From contig JBJCIZ010000042.1 in the NCBI GenBank assembly GCA_051294375.1, forward strand, positions 156,008 to 190,851: 34,844 bases of DNA. The letters are read 5' to 3'. Position numbers and translations under genes: made by a program. The notes beneath the pieces are model-generated. The model searched no databases and was not told the origin of the DNA. It worked only from the letters and a program-made list of their open reading frames with translations. Of the stretch, positions 25,138 to 34,844 are shown piece by piece (the stretch's first letter is position 1; each line of letters opens with the position of its first letter). The DNA is from Paraspadella gotoi. Taxonomy: Eukaryota > Animalia > Chaetognatha.

Positions 25138-26250
25138 ATGAGGGTTTCGTGCGTGACTCTATTCCTCGCCACCGGCTTGACCGGATACACAGCGAGGGCC
25201 CTTACAGGAATAGACTGTGCGGACTCGAGGACGAAGGTCATCGACCTTGTCTCCACGAATCACCTGATCAGCATTAACGCGGAATCTACCCCCGCCCCCC
25301 CGCGGACGCACCACGCCGAAAATGGAATCTGAAGGGCCTCTATCCCCTCCTCATGGCGCGGGGCTACGCCATGTTGTCGACAGTCACCCCAACGAGGTCG
25401 CCGTTCTTGTCGGCACCAGAGATAACCCACTTGTGTTCTCGATTCAAAGTCATTCCCGGAGCGAATAACAGAATAAAACCACAATAAATGCTTCCTAGAA
25501 AGCGCTGAGCATTGGTAACATGAAGTGGTAAAGAAAAGTTCAAATGCTACATTTACTGCGGGACGAAGGTGCCGCTAATAACGGACTCAACATACTTTAA
25601 CGAGTCATGGCAAATGGGCAACACGCACAACAATCCGAACTCTTACCCGCGACGAATGTGGCTGAAGGTGGAAAACCGAATCAAAGCAGGAGTGCCACGC
25701 CGTGTCCGAGTGATCCTTAGTAAAGAGTGAAGAGCAGACACCGCAGACGACTCCTAACTGCGTTTTAAACGCGAGCAAGGGACAAATAGTGCCTGAGTTG
25801 GGACGTACGCTGGTTCTGTCCGCGCGTGGGAATTGCGATGTCCGATGGCGAGTACTGAAGCGGGAATACATCCCGGAAAACCTGGCATTTAGAATGGGGA
25901 AACTTGGCCCGGACACCAGTGGAACTGAGAACAGGTTGGAGCGCCGACCCTTAGCATTGGATAGCCGTGAGCCCTAAAAAGTACGATGAAAACCGTTCAA
26001 ACAATATTTTGTGAAAATTTGTGAGATGAAAAGTTCGAGGAGAGGAGAGAAAACATAAGAATGGAATATGGCCACAAAACAAAAGACGCCCGATGGCCAT
26101 TTAAACAGAACAATCTCTGCGAAAGACTGGAACTTAAGGCATCCAGAGCTGGAACTCCTCGCGGAAGATGACGCGGTCTGCATTATCATGCTCGAGGAGG
26201 AAGAATTTCACGAACCCCATGCGGGCTGGCAAAGTGGAGAGAGTATATGA
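25138..26250 (+). pseudogene. Gene B N-terminal ectodomain, copy 3, multiple frameshifts
   Basis: MRVSCVTLFLATGLTGYTARALTGIDC is followed, across frameshifts, by VAVLVG, KCFLE, KFKCYIYCG, TLTRDEC..RWKT, LVLSARGNCD and NNLCE...RHPELELL. This order matches my recollection of chuviral G motifs (QC...IxxCG, ExCxxxHxTG, GxC, LCG...TEHPKLFIL). Confidence 0.5.
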
Positions 26251-26699
26251 AAAAAAGGAGGGCTAGAGTGATAATGGATTTTACCGAACAACACAGGCCA
26301 AGTCTCGAAAATCAGCGATACAGAGATCAGTGAAGCTGAGAACCACGATCGCGGCCGAGACGAGAGGAATATCGAAGTCACAAATATCACCCTCGGGTGA
26401 CATTATATTCGGAGCAGAGAAAAGAGAGGCGAAACAGGAGAGTAAGCGGACCAGGCCCAGAGGCACTGACAAGCGCGCCAAGAAGCGTCACTTTCCGCCA
26501 GACACTGTTACAGAGGCGCGCCGAAATGCAAGAGCAAAACAAAACGAGCGGAAACGCCCAAAGGACGACGCCACAAATCACCGGCCGGGACGCGGGGGCG
26601 CCGATATCCCACGCGGACGCTCTTCACCTCACCACCGAAGACGCTGGATTGAGCGGAGGGGGCCAGGACCCGATGACGAGGTCGCCCCGAAAAACAGAA

Positions 26700-27750
26700 A
26701 GTAAGGCCGAAATTCATCATCGAGAGCTCCCTGCCGACAGCGGTGATCTGTTAACCCTGTCTTGAAAACAACGCGCCACTCAAGCCACTATAAAACATGC
26801 CGCAAAACCTTACCCCGAAGCCGAAAATGGAACGGCAGGCTCACAGAGCCCAGGAAAACGAGAAATAATGCGGTGACTTCGGGCAAATCGACAAGCGTCG
26901 ATCGATGTCACCCACGAGAACTAAACGAGGAAGATATCACAGGCCCCACACACGAGAACCACGCCTACATCCCCGCTAAGAGAAGACGTGAGAAAATGGC
27001 AAGATGAAAGACGAGGATGCTAAAAGCTGCAGCGCACCATGCCTCGGCCATCACGGACGCAGATAGTCTTCCTTAAGGCACACTATGCCGGTCCAGCCCA
27101 AGCCAAAGCGTGTAAGTTCGTCGTGGTGAATAGGGTGAGCCTCTATCTTGGTAGTTTTAGTCTTTTGTCTGATTTTGTGAAGACATTTCCAAAGGAACAA
27201 TAGAAACATATGAAAACAAATTATGTACAATAAGCATCGAATTGGTGGTTTTGTGGCCCTTAGATCATGTCTCGTGGCAAAATAAGATTCGAATGAAGAG
27301 AAAAAAGGCGTTTATTGAAAAGGAGGAAAAAGGACGAATAAAAGTAATAACAAGTTGTACGTCTGACTAAAGAGAGGAAAAAGGTGGAGTGAATATTTTG
27401 AAACTAAAAAACCTGGACCCCGAAATCCCGCGAAGCTCGAAGGAGAAGAGGATGAGCGAAGTGAGGATGACGATGTCTTCGCTGAACCCCTCCTCCTCAT
27501 GCGCGGCCCCATACTTTGCCCGAGATGGCATCCAGTGCGCGTAGAATGGCATGGGATGGATCTGCACGTGGCGAAGGATCAAAGGTGAAGTCTCAGTGCA
27601 TGAAAGCGTGATGGCAAGCGTGTCCATACATGGGGGAAACTACAAGTCATGGCACATGAATTAGAAACGCACGACGAATAAAGTCAAAATTAACGAAGTC
27701 ATCAAAACAGGTAGACAAGTCAAAGAACAAAATCAGAGAAAGAAAAGAGC
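26700..27750 (+). pseudogene. Gene C in the inverted copy, with upstream exon candidate (start approximate)
   Basis: ~27265-27750 is the reverse complement of 5215-5690. Candidate donor GTAAGT at 27112 and acceptor ttttgtggcccttAG ending at 27263. Confidence 0.4.
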
Positions 27751-29200
27751 TTAAAGCATAGGAAATGCGAGGCCGCAGCTTTCGGATGGTAAGCCCAAGA
27801 TATTAAGTGCGATGATAACTAAAGTATTGATGCGATGATAACTCAGATAATGTGAGCGATGGATAGATAAAATAGATGATGTGAATGATAATGCAATGAT
27901 TGATCGGATGATAGTCATGCTCTTGATAGGTGATGGATAATACATTGCATTGATATGATGGATAACATTCATTGGATGCGATGAATAGTATGTCATTGAA
28001 CGCGATGAGTCACATGACATAAATAAACAAACAAGATGGCTGTTATGATGAAAGAGAGAGAGAGAGAGAGAGAGAGAAGAGAGAGAGTGAGAGAGGCTGG
28101 TAGTTTTCACTCTCTTTATATAAAGTATAATCAGAAATTTTTAGAAAAAAAAAATTCACGAAAATCTCGGATGTAAATTTGGGAATTTTGTATTGAAGAA
28201 AAAAGCGCGGAATTTTAAATGGCGGAATAAATAGAAGAAAAGAGAGAAAAGAGAGAAGAGAGGAGAGAGAGAGAGAGAGAAAGAATAGAGAGAAGCTGGA
28301 CCGCCGCTTTGCAGAGCTGAAACTCGTTTTCGGAACGTAATCTGAGTAGGGACGAACTCTTTTCCTTTCTTTGAATGAAATTTTAGATTGTTCTTTTTTT
28401 TTAAGAAGAAACCAAGACAGAGGTCAAAATTTCATAATTTGCATATTTAACTAATTATAAAATATTTATCCCACTCAAAATAATTAATTATTTTAAAAAA
28501 GAATAAAATGATTAAGAATATATAACACTAAAAAAAATTTACAATTTAAAAATTGTAAAAATATATTAGAATAACGAAAAAAAAGTATGGTTTAATTTGA
28601 CAATATCTCTCTTGCTCAACTCCTATTTTTAGATATAATTTGCCAATAGTGGGCCGACCGGTCAAAGTTACAGTAATTAAACAAAACAAAAATTTTTTTT
28701 GTTAAGAAGTTATAGTATGGCACATTAAATTTGATCCGCGCGCAATTGCCGACATATAGTAAAAAAAAAAAACAAGCTATATGTAGCAGCAGGCAAGTTA
28801 GTGTACATGTGACATTGCCTGCATGTTAAATAAGTTATTTTTCCTTTTTTCTAAAGGAATCCATGAAAATCTCGGATGTAAATTTTGGGATTTTGTATAG
28901 AGAAAAAAAATAAATGGCGATAATAAAAGTTTTTAGAAGGAAAAATAATAAGAATTTTTCAAACGAAGCGGTCGTACAGAGAGAGAAGAGACAGAGAGAG
29001 AGAAGAGAGAGAGAGAGAGTGAAAAAAAAAGGTGACTAAAAATTTTTTGTAAAAAAAAAAGAAGAGAGAGAGAGATTAGAGAGAAGCCGGAACTCGTTTA
29101 ACAGCTCGTCGCGCAGTGACGGAGGTGAAAAAAAGGTGACTAAAAATTATTTTTGTACAAAAAGAGATAGAAAAGAGAAGAATGAGAGAGAGAGACAGAT

Positions 29201-29234
<34 letters not shown>

Positions 29235-31026
29235 CGGAACTCGTTTCGTCGTTTACAGTGAATAAATTTTTTTTTGTAAAGTTTTCCGCCGCAACGATAC
29301 GCAAATATTAGGTCACTCTTGTTTATAATCGGGCGTGAATCTCGGTCAAAGTTGATTTTTTAGTCGGATCTGCTTATCAAGCAGATCCCGAACTCTAATA
29401 AACTCACTTTTTATAACTCACTTTTTTTCGGTTCCGTCCGGTCCGCCCCCTCAATATTGTCGGGCAACTCTTATATATGTCAGAAGCATCGAATTAATGA
29501 TAAATTATGCAAAAAAATGATGTCCGTCCGTCCGTCTGTCCGTCCGTCCGTCCGTCCGTCCGTCCGTCCGTCCCACCTAGAAAAAACAGCCAATTACTCG
29601 TGATTATGGATGATCTTAAATGAATATTTTGTGTGTGGATAGGTAAGTGTGTGATTGAGCTGGATATTAAGTTTCGATGGAATCGTCCGAGTGGAAATGA
29701 GTTTAAATGAAAAAAAAAAAAATAATAATTACTAATTTGAACAACTCAATTGCTCATGAGTGGGATGGGCTGATTGACCTGGAATTTTTGTATGTGGGTA
29801 GGAAGTGTGTGATTGAACAGGAATCAAGTTTCGATGGAATAGTTTGAGTGGAAATGAGTTTTAAATGGAAAAAAACAAAAAACACTGTTTTCTAATGTGA
29901 TTATGCTTCTTTTTCCCTTTTATATTAATGTATCTGCAGGTATGTATTAATAAAATCCATAATTATTAATCATTAAGAATTAATCAATAAGTAAATGAAA
30001 TTAATCATAACTTAATTATTAGTCAATCAATCCGTCCATAACTCCGTCCATCTTAAGCAAAAAGCTCCAATAACTCGTGATTGGCTGGTTTGGATTGGAA
30101 TTAAATTTTGTTGTGTGGTAGGAAAGTGTGTGATAAAAGCTGGATATAAAATTTCGATGGAATCGTGTTGAGTGGAAATTAGTTTTTAATGGAAAAAACA
30201 TAAGTCGAATTTACTAAAATCTTTTTACTTATGTTTAACGCATAAATATCTCCTATTAATCAATAATTGGGATGGATAGATTGAGTGAAATTTTGTGTGT
30301 GGGTAAGGAAAACGTATGAACGAAGCTTGATATAAAGTTTCAGTGAAACGTTACCAGTGGAAATGAGTTTAAATGAAAAAAAATATGAGTCACATTTACT
30401 TGAATCTTTTTAATTTATTTTAACCCTGATAGATTGAGATGAAAATTTTGTGAGCCGGTAGGAAAGTTGAGTGAAGAAGCTAGATATAAAGTTTTGACGG
30501 AATGCAAGTTGAAATAATGGATGCAAGTTAAAAAAATCTTAAAAAGGCATAAGGATCGTCGCTTATTGCATAAGAGAAGAGAGAGAGAGAGAAGAAGGAA
30601 AGAGAGAGTGAGAGAGAGAGAGAGAGTGGAGAGAGATAAGAGGGAGTGAGAGAGAGAGAGAGAGAAGGAGACATAGAATAAAAAAATCTTAAAAGACTCA
30701 AGTCGAGCCAGAGCCCACTATCATAGAAAATTAATGAAAAACCCGGGGAAAAAAACGTAATGAAATCAAGGCGATAACGAATTTGTTGATGTACTAGTAA
30801 ATTGTATTGAGGTAATACTATTGATTGATGTAATAGTAATTTTATTGATGTAATAGGAAATTGATTATTGATGTCGATGATAATCATTATTGATGCGATG
30901 ATAAGTCATTCACTGCTGTGGATGATAGTCTTCAGTGTGCGATGATTGTCATTTCATTGAATGAGATGATTGTCATTCATTGATGGCGACTGATAGTCAA
31001 TAAAACAAACAAATGCGTGTATGAGT

Positions 31027-31080
<54 letters not shown>

Positions 31081-31598
31081 AAGAAAGAGAGAGAGAAAGA
31101 GAGAGTAGAGAGAGAGAAAGAAAGAGAATAAATCCACGAAAAATCATCGGATGAAATGTGGGATTTTGTATTGAAAAAAAAGCGCGAATAAATGGCAAAT
31201 AATAAAAAGTTTTTTAGAAGGAAAAAAATAATCAAGGTAATTTTTCAAAAAACAAAACGATGCAACGGCAAAAGATCGGACAGATAGGGACAAGACACAC
31301 ACAGAGAGCAGAGAGACACAGAGAGAGAGAGAGAAAAAAGAGAGAGGAGAGAGACAGCCGCTGCAGAGAAAAAGAGAAAGAGAAATGAGCGATATATAAA
31401 TAATTAAAAGAGAGAGAGAGAGAGAAGCTCTACATGCCCCTTTACTCGTTAAAGAATCAGCAGTAACTTATGCGCCCAGCACGTAGCGTGAGCTTATTAT
31501 TACCCAAAGGACGTCCGGGTTCGCGCCCTGTTCGGGCATCGTTTTTTACATTAGTGAACCCACATATTCTAAAAAATTTTTGTAAAAAAAGAGAGAGA

Positions 31599-31631
<33 letters not shown>

Positions 31632-33420
31632 TTAGAGAGAAAAGAAGCTTGACAGAGCCGCTGCGAGAGCCGGAACTTCGTTTTAGAAGAAGCAGTGAGC
31701 GGAGAAGAAAGAGAGAGAGAGAGAGCGACGATAGTAATTAAAACGTTTTTGTTTGTGTAAATAAAAAGCATAAACCAATACCAAATATGATATGAGAACA
31801 TGAGAATTTTAAAGATCTGATGATTAGAAGGCCTATATAATGAAAATTCAAGCGTCGCGGCGTGATGTGATATAACACTTTCAGAAGCCATTGATTGCAA
31901 AAAGAGCGAGAACCGAAAGCTAAACCGAAAAAAAATCTAGACGACGGGCTTTGTGCCCGCCTGGCTCGAATATTAGAGGATATTTGTTTGTTTGATAAAA
32001 TGTAAACAAAACATTTAATAACTGTCCTGACTCAATTTTTAGGAATCGATGATGAACAAGCTGAATATAAATTATAATTAATCTATTAATTAAATAATTA
32101 ATTAATCTATTAATTAATTAATTAATCTATTAATTTAAATTAATTAATTAATTAATCAATTAATTAATTAATTATGCGTAGGGCAGATCCGACATTGTTT
32201 GCTCAAACTTGTTTTTATACACGTAACGCGTTATTAGGTCATGTTCCCTCGACATGTTTACCTCGTGTTGCCCCGCAACGGGCACGAAATCCAGGTCAAG
32301 TAAGTTATTCTTCACATTTTCTCACAAAAAAATCCACGAAAATCTCGCAGATGTAAATTTGGATTTGTATTGAGAAAGAAGCGACGTGAATACAATGGCG
32401 ATAATAAAAGTTTTTAGGAAGGAAAGAATAATAAGAATTTTTCAAAAAACGGTGGTAAAACAAATGTGAAATAATTTTTTTTTTGGTAAAAAAAAGAGAG
32501 AGAGGAGAGGAGCAGAGAGAGAGAGACGGAGGGAGACGGAGGGGAGAGAGGAGAGAGAGCCTGAACTCGTTTTTTTAAACGATTCAGAAAAAGGCAGCGC
32601 CTGATCAAATATATATGTTTTTTAAGAAAGAAAAAAATAATCAAGAGATTTTTCAAAAAACGAACGATCACGCAAGAGTCGCACACAAAAGAGAGAACAG
32701 AGGAAAAGAAATTGAACTCGTTTTTAAACGATTCAGAAAAGGCAGCGCCCACAAAAAGTATTATATAATTAAAAAAATAAATAAAAGAAGGCAAAAAATG
32801 TTACAATGGTTTTAACAATTGGAAAACTTTTCCAATTTTTTCCAATCGCAGCTTTGTAAAAGATTTTATTTTTATTTGTTATAAAATTTAAAATATAGCC
32901 TTTCCTCATTAAAAAAAATCCTTTTGAGTTCCCATTTTTATATTAGAAATTCAATAAAAAAATTTTTGAATTTCAATCTTCAATATATATACTGCAATTG
33001 TATTAATTAGCTTTAAAAGCATTCATGAATACCTAATTTGATATTATAATGAATGTACTATAAATCTCATTTGCATATGGCAGTAAATCATATGGAAGTG
33101 GAAATTCAAACAAAAAAAATACTTAATGCGCAAATGTAATAAAGAAATATCAAAAGCTATTCAAGTTGAGGAAGCCATGATCTAATTTTTAACTTATCTA
33201 TGATCGCACACTTTTGTTTAATAAGCTTTATATATAATTTATAATTTTTATTTAAAAAAAACGGTAAGTGTCCAGCCAAAACTATAAGAAAGCGCAGTAG
33301 TTTTTATACAAAAAGCGTGACGCCGACGACGAGAGACGACGACGACGACGACTACGTCACAAAGAAGGACAATACTAAACATTATAGAGGCCTGACCCGG
33401 CTTTCGCGGTCATGGCTCGA
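27751..33420. repeat. AT-rich composite repeat block interrupting gene C
   Basis: A ~100-bp motif ccacgaaaatctcggatgtaaattt...gattttgtattga...aaatggcgataataaaag occurs at ~28157, 28861, 31134 and 32333. GAT-rich tracts at ~27820-28050 and ~30790-31025 are each followed by (GA)n. A (TTAA)-type tract lies at ~32075-32173. Confidence 0.7.
29400..30520 (+). mobile_element. DINE-1/HINE-like non-autonomous Helentron-type element with internal tandem repeats
   Basis: A (GTCC)n microsatellite at 29522-29572 is followed by about five diverged units containing ttttgtgtgtgggtaggaagtgtgtgat...aagtttcgatggaat...gagtggaaatgagttt (near 29625, 29785, 30105, 30290, 30445). Termini and hairpins not confirmed. 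Confidence 0.5.
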
Positions 33421-34844
33421 TTAAAAAGGGGGTAAGGGAATCATCCAGCAAACGGGGACAACGTCAAGATCACTCATTGGCAAGCTGAAGAAGAATCAAC
33501 GCAATTATCACAAAACCTGGGAAGGCAGTATCACCAGGGCATCAATAGGTATCATCATGAAAAAAAAAAAAATATCACATCATCATTAATATATATAGCA
33601 ACATCATAGGCCTGTAAAAAAACAAAAAACATAACTGAGAAAAGAAAAAGTATTAATATATACGCAAAAAAAAATCAATGATTAGTGGATCTGAGTTGCC
33701 TTTGCGGAGCGTTACATACATCCCCTATATATATTCGCCGGTCATTGGAGGCTGAAAGGCGGGGGGCGTGGCCCGCGCCCGCTTTCCCATCAGGTCCTTC
33801 TTCTCTCCAGCACATGCGTAATATAGGTGGGTTAATAGTTTTTTTTTATTATTTGAAGATTTTTTTTGCGAGGCACCAGCCGCCTCCTTTTCTTCTGCCA
33901 TTTAATGTACCTACGTCGTCGTCTGGGTATTGTAGGGCGGGACCCGGAAGTGGGGCGCGGCTCAGAATCGCGAAGTGCCTCGGGAGGCGGAGGGGCGTCC
34001 TGGGAACGGCGAGTAGCGCTCTTCAAGCTCAAAACTGATGCAGCTTGGCCGACGTGCGGTTACAAGCTGTGAGGCGGAGCTCAGACCTTCTTCCAAGCAG
34101 GGCGAGGATGGGCGTTCAACCGACACAAATGATTATCTTGACGACCTCTTCCACATACCGTATTTCCGTTCTTGCTGCCCTCGATTTCGCCGCAGCCGCG
34201 GCCCATCATGTTTGATTTGAGACGCGTCTCTTTGAGATATTTGTCGTAGTCCGACAAATATCCTTGCCAATAGAAGAAAACGAGGGGGCGAAACACTTTA
34301 GGTGGGGATGCCTCTGGAGAGGGCGAGGGAGGACATTGGTGACGAGCCAAGTTACGACATAAAAGGAGAGATAGCCGACGGGTCATGCTTTGGCCAGATG
34401 GAGCGGATCTTTGGCGCGATCCGTCCCGAAAATGTGATCGCTCTCAGTTTCCTCCATGTCGATGAGTTTTGACCGGGATAGCTTCCATGGTTGAAGAGGG
34501 CGGTCACTGTCTTTTCTTTGGAAATCGCGCTCTGAAGAGGCCCGTTGGCCGAGCGCCCTTAGTGGCCATCGCACTGGCTTAGCCGGCGTCGGTCAAGGAC
34601 CGCTGGCTGCTTTTCTTCGTATCGTCATTTTTGTTTTGGTAGGGGCCGCTTCGCCGCAGTCAGGACTCGTCTGCCAATGATTGGAGGAGGCCACGTAAAG
34701 TTGCCCTCCCAGAAACCTCACTCGTTCGCACCGACAGCAGTCTCGAGCGGCGGTCTGTCTCGTAGCAAACGTTTCGCTGCCTGGCCGACGCTATGGGTAT
34801 GTCACCGGGCTGGTCGCGGTGGCAACGAAGAAGTGGCACATCTG
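33421..34844 (-). mobile_element. Inverted cassette copy, resumed after the repeat block (gene C end, then gene B C-terminal half)
   Basis: Reverse complement of 5215 down to 4053, then ~285 nt of extra gene B sequence that is N in copy 1. Confidence 0.85.
33950..34844 (-). pseudogene. Gene B C-terminal part, frameshifted
   Basis: Minus-strand blocks GDIPIAS...CYETDRRSRLL, VRFLGGQLYVASSNHWQTSPDC, KLIDMEETESDHIFG and DYDKYLKETRLK. Confidence 0.55.

Larger units (their letters stand above)
22231..26250 (+). mobile_element. Cassette copy 3 (left flank, gene A with deletions, 5' part of gene B); right boundary approximate
   Basis: Colinear with 1-3768 from ~22515 to 25420 and fills most N gaps of copy 1. 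Confidence 0.85.

Noticed and set aside
26869-26900. CGDFGQID resembling PIF1/Helitron helicase motif III
   Set aside because: Isolated short match directly after a stop, with no other helicase motifs
27751-33424. TTAA at both ends of the inserted block, suggesting piggyBac
   Set aside because: The uninterrupted site in copies 1 and 2 has no TTAA, and no convincing terminal inverted repeats are present
1-34844. Standard LTR retrotransposon (gag-pol-env) or Polinton interpretation
   Set aside because: No RT, RNase H, integrase, protease, polB, packaging ATPase, LTR or TIR recognised in the window; this cannot be excluded for sequence outside it

Overview
Eukaryotic DNA, probably arthropod (inferred from a TATA+TCAGT core promoter, a DINE-1/HINE-like repeat and a chuvirus-like glycoprotein). 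It comes from a gappy, indel-rich assembly, so most long ORFs in the supplied track are microsatellite or N-gap artefacts. The real structure is a repeated cassette of at least 5.7 kb present as five partial copies: 1-5690 (+), ~9520-10650 (+), ~21195-22130 (-), 22231-~26250 (+), and an inverted copy ~26700-34844 split by a 5.7 kb repeat block at 27751-33420. Combining the copies gives a compact multi-gene unit. Gene A is a 4-exon GT-AG spliced gene whose product ends in a basic Ser/Arg/Pro-rich region, a Cys/His cluster and RGGRRGGRG. Gene B is divergently transcribed and encodes a signal peptide, a Cys-containing ectodomain, a transmembrane helix and a tail, with motif order resembling chuvirus/gB-like class III fusion glycoproteins. 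Gene C is convergent, probably spliced and of unknown function. A candidate gene D has a TATA/Inr promoter. No reverse transcriptase, integrase, transposase, polymerase, LTR or TIR is recognisable. The unit looks like an unclassified virus-like mobile or endogenous element carrying a fusogen. The rest of the window is microsatellites, degenerate satellites and low-quality sequence. All homology calls are from reading motifs by eye, not from database searches.
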